64,000 nt of DNA from a virus: IMG/VR virus record IMGVR_UViG_3300032313_000500, positions 32,001-96,000 of that record; one strand, written 5' to 3'. The notes beneath the pieces are model-generated. The model saw only the letters and a list, made by a program, of their open reading frames with translations. It was not told the DNA's origin and made no database searches. The stretch's first letter is position 1; the number at the start of each line of letters is the position of its first letter. The translations under genes were made by a program, and so were the position numbers. Shown piece by piece: positions 37,601-45,956 of this stretch.

Positions 37601-40600
37601 GACAAAAGAGTTCCTTGACGCTTTTGACGCAGACGGTTTCATACCTTTCAACGGCATGAGTGCGCAATATCTTGAAAGAATAATGACGACAGCACGAAGA
37701 AGCATCAATAGAAACCTAGGCAACAAACCACTAACGGAACAGTTACTTGCCGACGCAAGATTCGTGGACCTAATCAACGACTATGTGAATAATGTAATCA
37801 ACGCCCCTAATGATTGGTCTCCCTCGCAGGCACAGGAATTCGCCGACCAGATAGCGATTGAGTTTCCTTATCTAGTAGATGACATGCCACCACTTATTGC
37901 TGGAACATACGCAACAGCAACTCGTCAAGAACTATGGGCAGAAGCAATACTTTTGTTCTCCTCACCAGACAGAAAGTTAAAGGCTAAGTACCTAACGCCA
38001 GAGATAGAAGCATTTATTGCTTACGCGTTAGGGTTGAAGCCAGACAGAGACCCAAGTACTCCTTATCAAAAACCGTGGGCACATCGTAGTGGTTTGTCAT
38101 CCTCTTCACGGGTGAGGAGATTACACGCAGCGCAAGACAGCATAGATGAAAGAGTCTCCGACAAGGACGACGGGTTCGCTAGTAGAAATGCCGGCGATGC
38201 TAAATCAACAACAGTAAAGATGTCTCGTGAAACATCTAGTACGTCACGATTTACGGTTGGTGACTACGAGTTTGACATAACAGATGAAGATTTGTCTACT
38301 TATGATTGGGATACTGCTTACGACCAGTGGACAACTTGGTCGGGCAACTGGCGCATGCGTCATTTGTCGTCAGCAATGATGGGTATAGAACAGCAACCCA
38401 CAAAGGGTGGCGAAGAGTCGCTATCAACAGTCCACGAAGTAATGCGCTCGGGTGAACTGCTAGACGCACCTAACCATGTAAAAGACTCCGTTCGTGAATC
38501 ACTGATAAACACACATAAGACGATGGAAAAAATCTCTATGGGTGACACAGTTAGCGATAGACCGTTGTACCGAGGACTTGGTTCAGTTCCTGATGATTCA
38601 GAGATACTGATGGCAGAACAGGGTGAGACAATAACGTTCCCACTTAGCGCGTTCACCCCAGACAGAGGATTAGCCACAACATTCGCCGACATGAATGCCG
38701 AGAGCGACAAAAAAGTAATCCTCCAACTTCAAAATGGTGCCCATGTAGCGTCTAGTGACTACACAACACAGATAAGAGACCTAGAAAGCGACTGGGTAGA
38801 AGTACCAATTGAGTCCGTTACCCAAGGAGAGTTCACTGTCGTATCCAAGCGTGAGCAAGACGGGTACACGGTTGTAGAACTATCGCACTCTAAGACGTTT
38901 GACCCACTATCAGGAAAGATGGTTGACACGAACGTTCGTGAGGGGTTCGCTTCTTCCAGCATGAGACCAGAGCGACGGGTATCCGATAGCGCTATCCGTA
39001 CGCTTACAGACAACATGGACTTCCTACGAGATAACCCACCAATGGGTAAGGGTGGCAAAGACCTAGACGACCGTTGGGCAGAGCAGACGATAGGAAAACT
39101 TCGCAGTGGCGAGATAACTCAGGAGGATGCGTTTGACCTAATGAATGCTGTCATTGAGATACTCAGCGACGGGTTCAGTAAAGACCCAAGCCAAAAAGAG
39201 AATCCAGAAGGAAAACTTCTCGCCTATCAAAAACTCGTAAAGCGCTTACGCAAACTTGCTGTTGGTGGCATGAGCAAAGACGACATGGACGACCTCCGTA
39301 GAGAGCAGGGAATCATCCCTACTGTCACCAACAAGCCAAAGCCGACTCCTTATGCTGGTGGTCGTTTCGGCTTCTCTTCCACAACAAGAAGAGAAGAACT
39401 ATCTACTCGTGCGCAAGAACGTATTGACGCCATTGACGCACAGGTAGAAGAACTTGAATCATTCAACCGACGTCTAATGAGAGCAATCAGTGAACTTCAA
39501 GCCACGGGCAACTGGGAAGGCGAGAAGCACGACGTTTTCCTCAAAGAGGGCAACAGTCCCAAGACCTACACTAAGGAGCAATTGGAAAGCAACGGATGGA
39601 CACAGAGAGTAAGGGAAGAATCAGCAAGGGCTCATCTTGATAGAGAAATGTATGTAAATAGTCTAAAAAGAGAGAGAAACGACCTTGAAGATAGTCAAAA
39701 GCGTCTTGCTGGTGAATATCCAGAAACAACAATGCTTGTTGACGAGTTACTACTTGACGAAGACAATGTAGAGAGCATCTTGGCGAGGTCGTTAGAAGTT
39801 GATTCAATGAGCCAACAACAAAGAGCAGAAAGATTCACCGACCCCAATGACCCTAACGCAGTGTATGTGGTTCATTTTGGAGCGACCAAACTAGAAGGTG
39901 GTCAGTTGGACCCTTCTCGTTCACGAGGACAGGTTGGACAAGGTATCGCTGGGAATACTCGCCAGATAAATGACGAGACAGCCAGATATATGGTCGGATT
40001 GCGTGATGATGCGAAGCGGGACCTATCCATCCTTGAAGAGATGAAGCGCCAGATTGAGACTGATGGCGTGATTGACTTTGACGCAATCGCACGAACCGAC
40101 ACTAGAGACTCCTTCCGGGCAGGGAGGGCAAGACTACTGCTCGGTCTAAATCGCCGTGACCCAGAACGCTCAACACATATACCAGAAGGCTGGCAGGTTT
40201 CCAATATTGACGGCGCTATCGGAGATAAAAACAACGTCATATCTAGACTTGACAAGGTTGCCGACCAGTTGATTGCAGACGACTATCAATACACGAGTAC
40301 ATACAGGGCGTCAGCATTGCAAGACCTACTCGGCTCGTATGGAGGAAGATACGCAGAGGGCGACTCTACGGAATGGGGCGACAACGCAAGGCGCTCAACA
40401 ACTACTGGTATCCATATCTTTAAAGTAAGAATAGGTGATGACGCAGTTGAGCAGAACAGCGTTGGAGAAACTCACCTAGTTGGCAAACACACTCCAATCG
40501 CTTCACTCGTTGTAGACAGTAGCGCTAACGACGACAATCCTGCTCGTGAAATCTGGAAGGGTTGGCTTGATTCGGTAATTGAACAAGACATTGGTAAAAA

Positions 40601-43600
40601 CAATGCACGTCGCTCAGGATTTGCTTCCAGGGCTTCCGTAAGAGAGTCATCACGGGTTATCGGAGAAGACGGAGATGCTAGCAAGCCTTCAATACTCGGA
40701 AGAGCAAAAGATAAACTAAAACTAAACGATAGACAAGTCGGTCATATTAATTCAATGACCAACAAGATGCACTCAATCTTTACTAGTGGAAAAATTTACG
40801 ATGAACCAATCCATCCAGCAATTGATGACAGAAGAAAAGAACTGCTTGATTCAATAAGGGTTGTAAGAGCAGAGGGTGGAATGACGATGATTGTCGCCGA
40901 ACCAAACCCAGTATTTAATGCTTATTTGCCAGTAAAGAGAGACTGGGCGTCTATTGAACTACCGTCCCGCGAAGCAGTTGCCGAGGCAATAGAGAAATTG
41001 AAATCAAACAAAGGAGGCAGGCGCTCGGACACTTATGGCTCGGGTGCATTTACGGACCATCTTGAATCATTGCTTCAAGAGATAGGGAAGTTGGGTGAAG
41101 GTCCAGGAGACCTTCCGTACGAGGGAGGAGAAGGAAACTACATATCCTATGTTCAGCAATACTACGACTCAATAAGAAACCCTGTTGGTGCTTCACGTCT
41201 GCTCCAAGGTAGCGATGGAATGCATGATGCGTTCGGACACTTTGGTACAGGCAGAGGCTACGACAGACATGGGGAGTGGGCTAACTATCTAGCAATGAAA
41301 GACATGATAGACGCATCGCCACTTACTGACGAAGAGAAAGAAGATGCTCATAGATTCTGGTTTAGAGAGTATGGGTGGCTTCAGTTCGCAAAACGTGGAG
41401 ACCTAGAAGAAGTAGACGATAATTTACGTTTCATGGCAGACGACTATGACGGACCGTTCAGTGACATTTTGGAAATCATTGACTCTGGTCACAACGGTCT
41501 TGACGACGTACCAGAAGAAGAAACACCTTCAGGCAAGACCATCTCAGATACTTCAGCGTCAGAACTGAGACAAGCAGCAAGAAACGACGCTGAGGCACAA
41601 CTAGAAATGAGTCGTAGTGGGTTCTCTAGTACAACGAGAGACACGGGTAGAAACAGAGAAGTTTCTGCTGAATACACACAGGGCATATTCGGCAAACTAA
41701 AAGCCCTTAAAGAGCGACTTGGTTACGGAAAAGACTTTGAAGAAAAAGTAAGCAAAGAAAAACTTGACACCAGAATAGAAGAAACAGCCGCTTATGCCAA
41801 GCGCATCATTGACTGGGATGCTGGAAAAGACGTCGTACTGCCTCAAAGTGCTATTGATTACATAAAAGACGTAGTTGCAAGAAACGCTTTCTTTACTTCA
41901 GACAAACGTGCTGATGGTGGTGCGAGTTTGATACCCATACAGGCGGCACTTAGTAAGTCCTCTCCTGACGTATGGCCAATAGGAACCCCGTTGCCCCCAA
42001 GTTTGGCATTAGAGATATCAAGACAAATACATATCGCTAGAGGCGATACTGAAATGGTCGCAAAAATTGATGAGTTTAAAAATTACTTAAAAACAGTCAC
42101 TCCAGAACAATTGAGCGAAGACATAAGAGCAGCGTCTTTAGTATATGGCGAGTCAATTGACAAGCGTGTTTTGGTTAGAACGAGAAGCGTAAACCCTTTT
42201 ATTAAAGGAAGTCGCACCATACTTACTCAGCACGACAGGGAAGAACGAGAAGCGGCTGGCGTTGAGTCTATGAACATGATGGGTGACGGCATTACTACAA
42301 GCGCAAGAAGGAAAGTTGAAGCAAACCTTTTAGGTCTACCATTTGAAGAAGGGGTAGAAGACTCTCCAGAAGTAAGGGAACTAAGACCAACGTCTGGCTA
42401 TGTAACCACTTCAAAAACAGCATTGGCACGAAAAGAAAAGTTTAAAGAAATTTACGGCGACGATGTTGAACTAATGTATGACGGTCCTGCTGGAACAGCG
42501 CTAGAGCATTCTCAAAACAACACCGGGAAGTATGGTCCCTCGCAGTTTGTGCTGCGCCCAGCAGTTGCCGAGCGCACAAGGGTTTTTGATGCAGACACAG
42601 TAGATATGTCATTGAAAGACAACCCCCCTCTACAACTTAGTGCCCTTGAAGAAGACGGCATTTTTCTTGGTGGCACCACCAACCCCATCGGAATGCTTTA
42701 CGACTACAAGACTGGTGACACTTATCCAACGCCTTCTGGAGCATTTGAGGGAAGTTCCGACACTCATTCAAGTCAAGGAACTGCAGCAAGTTACAAAGAA
42801 GCATTGGTTCTTGGAAGGTTCAAGCCCGAAGAAGTTGAAGCGATAATTGCCGCACCAGCAGACTTTAGAAAAGAAGACGGAGAATTATCCGAAAGACTTA
42901 ATCCAAATAACGAAGCAAACTTCAGCCTATTGATTGATATGGCGCGTTCACGTGACGAACTAATGCAAGAACACGGCATAGAGGTTGTTCCCAATATTAG
43001 AAGAGGTGTATTCAAAACCGATGACGTTGAGATGTTTAACCCAGCAATGACTGACGTGTGGTTTGATACGAACTTTGCAGATAAGGGCTTATCAAAAGAA
43101 GAAATAGTTCCAGACAAATCAACTACACCATACGAAGCGTACCTAAGAGTATTAATAGCAACAGGAGAACTTCCTGAAATGTTTGAATACCGTGGTCCTA
43201 GTGGTAAGAGCGAAGAAGAGAAAGATGCTTGGAAGAGGGATGCGCTCAAGAAAGAACTCGCTAGAGTAGTAAGCCTCAAGAAAGACAAAGAAGTCAGCGG
43301 CACTCGTAGTCCCGGCTTCTCTTCTCGTTCGTCAAGAGCATCTGCAAAGAAAATAACCAAGAATTTCAAGGTAAACGGCAAGCCTCGCAAGGCTCCAGTT
43401 GACAGAGATGAACTCATACGACGTGCTGTCCCTCAGAACGCAGCCGACATGATGAGAATCATTGAAGAGTCTCCATACATGGAGGGCAAGAAGAGCAAAC
43501 AAGAAATCTATGAACTCATCAACATGATGGACATAGATTGGGTAGCCCAACAGAAGATGCGTCTCAAACTTGAGAGAGTATTGATGGATTCACCTGCATT

Positions 43601-44228
43601 TGAAGAACTTCTCAATGAATACGACATACCCCTGATGATTATTACAAAATCAGGAGTTGCTAAATATGCCGGAGGCACAGGCACTTTGTATCCCAACTCG
43701 GACAGGTGGAGAAACATTGAGGGCGAGTACATGACGGAATACGGTTTTATCGCATTTCCCGCACGTGTAGTTGACCAAGAAACAGTGAACAATGCCGTAA
43801 GTGATGGACCGCTACCGACAGATGACATTATCCGTCACGAGTTGTCTCACACTATCCACGCTATGGCGATGGCTCAGAGTAAAAAAGCCCGCAAGAAGTA
43901 CGAGGCCGACATTGCTGAATTTATTGAGAGAATGGAAGACGCTATTGACTACGCGGAACGGTCAGGCGCTACGGAATTTGACATGAGGTCAGTCACTATG
44001 GACCCAGTAGACGATGCTCTCGCAGGAGAAATAAGTAGATACGCGCAGTCCAAGAGGGCCGAATACATCGCTGAACTGCTCACCCACATGCTTCCGGGCA
44101 AAAGAACCAAATATGTCTCACTTAAAGACGAGCACTTTAAGATGCTCTCAGAGTTTCTTGATATTCCAATACCTAGACTACGTGAACTGTACAATAAATC
44201 AATGGACAATAGGGCAGGGTGGCTGTAA
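34608..44228 (+). CDS. Giant polyvalent protein (3206 aa): DGDGDG tag, four HExxH zincins, ART-like domain, HDxxGH domain, DUF3626-like domain, separated by ten G[FL][AS]S motifs
   Basis: TACAAT-6 nt-ATG34608 leaderless start (track GTG34590). Motifs: HEWGH, HEWAH x2, HELSH; PLYRG...LSAFT...IESVTQGEF; HDAFGHFG; RPTSGYV...KYGPSQFVLRP...YKEALVLG. Confidence 0.85.
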   Translation: MPFSYDIEPNDSPRLRRHMSRVNSDDRLEVKALGPNLGQLARSAQVFDPNAYDGDGDGVVQDGTPFERPAVLSNIASVARGLASTTGGYGSYTPRGSWTVGLTNEQVAERAVPSTPAAFVEMMVAQQGSTGNLSDSVQKALDIAIFDEERVAELRDTLRNALDERPELRAAFDRFGCPPIGVHPNKDEDGEGIGYGGIAYGKQAIFITEKTLDKGAMSEWFGRRKFSAKVFSFTTFAPRVKGVDRAFTGESAEDIITHEWGHYLNHLVADIAPDPELRELAGALGQGSWYMSTYFTRIPPKVKRMFEYFDGAMKSGEKVDQPVGVPFVKSVYGTSMPCEFFAESVAAYFSPRRKSRELLNDEGIEIVEQMLGIRGASRSGFASRTGSLKSSTGSTLRGKTPQEIADIVVPKTKAEAIALSDAHNALLTDPDGVRYTASEPDKLKIIIPKGIDAMDFSPEAVSRMKEMVVEALSNNPEFHEAVQRFGMPPVLITKPGERLDGAYAIAGVEGFPAITIDSTMREQALAKGWWPNGIYEDEPFIKGTEGFSTSPTSEGFFIHEWAHYLNRLALDIHPDEEMRELARFWWNDTWILNAAIPRLTRFLRGLGKPKTRIDARYRGADKFYWATRDNKSVDFTGYPHVKTQYGQSQPAEAFAEAVAAVLSKDVDDKELVSPEMRRDVLDMLGFSPSVKEIDRAGSSEGRGSGFASKTVTRGPDGTRIINTSDPFTPLSGSDWLKDATDDEVADAVTPTSIDDAIALTIMNTSYGDDPANYPAEEAKVRQIMTDHIFKFYGRDSNGQIATDANGKPISFSVPYDFSPQGRQTVKDMVKRMMAESPEFSWMIRRFGCPPMMVIDEAKLTQLNNQVEQMRLAGQDISLPFHLANGAVGGFSVGTYGITLRPDPTTDNLPMGFYRGLAAKRKTGRIITNPDGSREEEKEHWMNNFGLSLADKAIHEWAHWFYATVKGNKGLLGKSRRGDRKSRLSYLFPGIPMADAEKMTKEFLDAFDADGFIPFNGMSAQYLERIMTTARRSINRNLGNKPLTEQLLADARFVDLINDYVNNVINAPNDWSPSQAQEFADQIAIEFPYLVDDMPPLIAGTYATATRQELWAEAILLFSSPDRKLKAKYLTPEIEAFIAYALGLKPDRDPSTPYQKPWAHRSGLSSSSRVRRLHAAQDSIDERVSDKDDGFASRNAGDAKSTTVKMSRETSSTSRFTVGDYEFDITDEDLSTYDWDTAYDQWTTWSGNWRMRHLSSAMMGIEQQPTKGGEESLSTVHEVMRSGELLDAPNHVKDSVRESLINTHKTMEKISMGDTVSDRPLYRGLGSVPDDSEILMAEQGETITFPLSAFTPDRGLATTFADMNAESDKKVILQLQNGAHVASSDYTTQIRDLESDWVEVPIESVTQGEFTVVSKREQDGYTVVELSHSKTFDPLSGKMVDTNVREGFASSSMRPERRVSDSAIRTLTDNMDFLRDNPPMGKGGKDLDDRWAEQTIGKLRSGEITQEDAFDLMNAVIEILSDGFSKDPSQKENPEGKLLAYQKLVKRLRKLAVGGMSKDDMDDLRREQGIIPTVTNKPKPTPYAGGRFGFSSTTRREELSTRAQERIDAIDAQVEELESFNRRLMRAISELQATGNWEGEKHDVFLKEGNSPKTYTKEQLESNGWTQRVREESARAHLDREMYVNSLKRERNDLEDSQKRLAGEYPETTMLVDELLLDEDNVESILARSLEVDSMSQQQRAERFTDPNDPNAVYVVHFGATKLEGGQLDPSRSRGQVGQGIAGNTRQINDETARYMVGLRDDAKRDLSILEEMKRQIETDGVIDFDAIARTDTRDSFRAGRARLLLGLNRRDPERSTHIPEGWQVSNIDGAIGDKNNVISRLDKVADQLIADDYQYTSTYRASALQDLLGSYGGRYAEGDSTEWGDNARRSTTTGIHIFKVRIGDDAVEQNSVGETHLVGKHTPIASLVVDSSANDDNPAREIWKGWLDSVIEQDIGKNNARRSGFASRASVRESSRVIGEDGDASKPSILGRAKDKLKLNDRQVGHINSMTNKMHSIFTSGKIYDEPIHPAIDDRRKELLDSIRVVRAEGGMTMIVAEPNPVFNAYLPVKRDWASIELPSREAVAEAIEKLKSNKGGRRSDTYGSGAFTDHLESLLQEIGKLGEGPGDLPYEGGEGNYISYVQQYYDSIRNPVGASRLLQGSDGMHDAFGHFGTGRGYDRHGEWANYLAMKDMIDASPLTDEEKEDAHRFWFREYGWLQFAKRGDLEEVDDNLRFMADDYDGPFSDILEIIDSGHNGLDDVPEEETPSGKTISDTSASELRQAARNDAEAQLEMSRSGFSSTTRDTGRNREVSAEYTQGIFGKLKALKERLGYGKDFEEKVSKEKLDTRIEETAAYAKRIIDWDAGKDVVLPQSAIDYIKDVVARNAFFTSDKRADGGASLIPIQAALSKSSPDVWPIGTPLPPSLALEISRQIHIARGDTEMVAKIDEFKNYLKTVTPEQLSEDIRAASLVYGESIDKRVLVRTRSVNPFIKGSRTILTQHDREEREAAGVESMNMMGDGITTSARRKVEANLLGLPFEEGVEDSPEVRELRPTSGYVTTSKTALARKEKFKEIYGDDVELMYDGPAGTALEHSQNNTGKYGPSQFVLRPAVAERTRVFDADTVDMSLKDNPPLQLSALEEDGIFLGGTTNPIGMLYDYKTGDTYPTPSGAFEGSSDTHSSQGTAASYKEALVLGRFKPEEVEAIIAAPADFRKEDGELSERLNPNNEANFSLLIDMARSRDELMQEHGIEVVPNIRRGVFKTDDVEMFNPAMTDVWFDTNFADKGLSKEEIVPDKSTTPYEAYLRVLIATGELPEMFEYRGPSGKSEEEKDAWKRDALKKELARVVSLKKDKEVSGTRSPGFSSRSSRASAKKITKNFKVNGKPRKAPVDRDELIRRAVPQNAADMMRIIEESPYMEGKKSKQEIYELINMMDIDWVAQQKMRLKLERVLMDSPAFEELLNEYDIPLMIITKSGVAKYAGGTGTLYPNSDRWRNIEGEYMTEYGFIAFPARVVDQETVNNAVSDGPLPTDDIIRHELSHTIHAMAMAQSKKARKKYEADIAEFIERMEDAIDYAERSGATEFDMRSVTMDPVDDALAGEISRYAQSKRAEYIAELLTHMLPGKRTKYVSLKDEHFKMLSEFLDIPIPRLRELYNKSMDNRAGWL

Positions 44229-44851
44229 AGATGATACCTAAATCAGAAGACGACATGAATGCCGTAGACATTTATGACTTACAAACAATGCTTGCTTCCG
44301 TTGATGACTCTGAAACCCAACAGAGAATCATTTCACTGATAGACAAACTTTCGTCATCAGCCCCTTCTCGTGAAACAGTAAGAGGCAAGTCGGTTCAGTG
44401 GGTAGACCTAGCAACAAAGTCGTTCGTACTGGATGCCCCGTCATTTGACATCAAGTCCCTGAACTACACAATGCCCGAAGTGCGTGAAAGAATCAAGAAC
44501 CGTATTATGGCTGGCGACAAGGGTGGCAAAGCAGGTCAATGGTCTGCTCGCAAGGCGCAACTACTCGCTATGGAGTATCGTAAAGCAGGTGGTGGCTACA
44601 AGGGTGGTCTACGCAAGACCCAGCGTTCGCTCAAGAAGTGGACACGAGAGAAATGGACAACATCAGATGGCAAACCAGCGATTCGTAAAAACGGCACTCG
44701 TCGCTACCTTCCTTCTTCTGCTTGGTCTCGTCTTACGCCAGCACAGAGGACAGCGACGAATCGTAAGAAAATCATCGGAAGTCGGCAAGGCAATCAGTTT
44801 GTTGCAAATACACGAAGTGCAGAGAATGCTTCGCGCAGAGCAAGAGACTGA
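44219..44851 (+). CDS. DUF5872-like basic protein with N-terminal acidic extension
   Basis: RERIKNRIMAGDKGGKAGQWSARKAQLLAMEYRKAGGGY...QRSLKKWTREKW...RYLP; preceded by RGK-SV, ATK-SF and DIK-SL sites. Confidence 0.7.
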   Translation: MAVKMIPKSEDDMNAVDIYDLQTMLASVDDSETQQRIISLIDKLSSSAPSRETVRGKSVQWVDLATKSFVLDAPSFDIKSLNYTMPEVRERIKNRIMAGDKGGKAGQWSARKAQLLAMEYRKAGGGYKGGLRKTQRSLKKWTREKWTTSDGKPAIRKNGTRRYLPSSAWSRLTPAQRTATNRKKIIGSRQGNQFVANTRSAENASRRARD

Positions 44852-44885
44852 AGTTATCCCCGGCCGGGACGAGTCCCGATAGTCT

Positions 44886-45044
44886 TTACCACTTACCGAG
44901 TGGACAAGCCTCACCTACAAAACGCACCTTCATAAGCAGTGGGCAACCACAAACCTTGCAGGTCTTCTTCCACTTCTTCATGTGTGGACATTCTTTACAG
45001 ATTGCGTATCTACGAGCAGCGATTGACGCTGATACTTCTTCCAT
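44886..45044 (-). CDS. Small Cys-rich zinc-binding protein (52 aa; below the track cutoff)
   Basis: MEEVSASIAARRYAICKECPHMKKWKKTCKVCGCPLLMKVRFVGEACPLGKW; TAATG overlap. Confidence 0.7.
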   Translation of the reverse strand: MEEVSASIAARRYAICKECPHMKKWKKTCKVCGCPLLMKVRFVGEACPLGKW

Positions 45045-45364
45045 TAGCGCATTCTGCGCTGACATTTAAGGCAGAACTCCGACCACGGGTAGTACCTGCG
45101 CATGTTTATAGGGTGAGAACAGTCAATTATCTCCGTGACCTTGGCATTCACCGTGTCTCTAATCATCTGAGACATGGTAAGACCAATCTTCTCGGAGGCT
45201 TCCTTCCAGCGTTCCCTATCCTTATTCGTCAAGCGAACGAGAATGTTCTTGTCGGCAGGACCATCTTCTGGTGAAACCTCAGTAGACATAGACATGTCGC
45301 CATGTGCTTCACGGTCAATAGCCGAAACTAGATTACTAATCTCTTGGTCTTTTTCACTCATCAA
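45044..45364 (-). CDS. Ribbon-helix-helix-like DNA-binding protein with C-terminal Cys motif
   Basis: NILVRLTNKDRERWKEASEKIGLTMSQMIRDTV; C..H...CLKC. Confidence 0.6.
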   Translation of the reverse strand: MMSEKDQEISNLVSAIDREAHGDMSMSTEVSPEDGPADKNILVRLTNKDRERWKEASEKIGLTMSQMIRDTVNAKVTEIIDCSHPINMRRYYPWSEFCLKCQRRMR

Positions 45365-45956
45365 CTATCTCTGCGTCCTGTATTGGTGCTTGCCCGAGGA
45401 TACCAGCAACCATGTCTGGTGGAAGTACACCCGAAATACCCATGATTTCCAATAACTTACGAGCCTCTGTCTCTGGGTCAAAGGCGTCAATAGCAGCAGG
45501 GCGACCCCCTTCGCCAGCAAGAGTTGCTTTCACCGACTCCGAGCCCCGTACATCCATCTGAACATTGATGTTAGTGGCTTCCATGCCAAGAAGTTTAGTT
45601 CTTCTGTCCATGATTGAGAGAACTTGTTGTATCGCTTTGAGGTCTGGTTCTACTGCCACCTCGGTGCCGTCGTCCATTCTTACCTTTCGGTGCTGAGTAA
45701 GTGGCCAGATTGCTGCTTGTAGGTTGTCTAGGCGTTCCAGTTCCATGCGTAACACCTCTGGGTACGCCATGAGTGCTTCTCTGTTCAGTTTCTCTAACTG
45801 ACGCTGTACAGCCCTGTGTACGGAAGCAGACGTAAGGTCAAACCTTCTGGCAATTTCAGATACTGCTACGCCAGCCTGTCTCATCTTGAAAATACGTAAG
45901 TCTCGCTCTGCGATGAACTCTTTCGTCATCACTTTATTACTGCGCTCTTGACTCAT
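45354..45956 (-). CDS. HTH protein, terminase-small-subunit-like
   Basis: RDLRIFKMRQAGVAVSEIARRFDLTSASVHRAV...ELERLDNL..IW...DLKAIQQVLSIMDRRTKLLG. Confidence 0.5.
   Translation of the reverse strand: MSQERSNKVMTKEFIAERDLRIFKMRQAGVAVSEIARRFDLTSASVHRAVQRQLEKLNREALMAYPEVLRMELERLDNLQAAIWPLTQHRKVRMDDGTEVAVEPDLKAIQQVLSIMDRRTKLLGMEATNINVQMDVRGSESVKATLAGEGGRPAAIDAFDPETEARKLLEIMGISGVLPPDMVAGILGQAPIQDAEIVDE

Noticed and set aside
316-44209. The many antisense or alternate-frame ORFs in the track nested inside long genes
   Set aside because: They are low-complexity shadows of the coding strand, with no RBS, promoter or family motifs.
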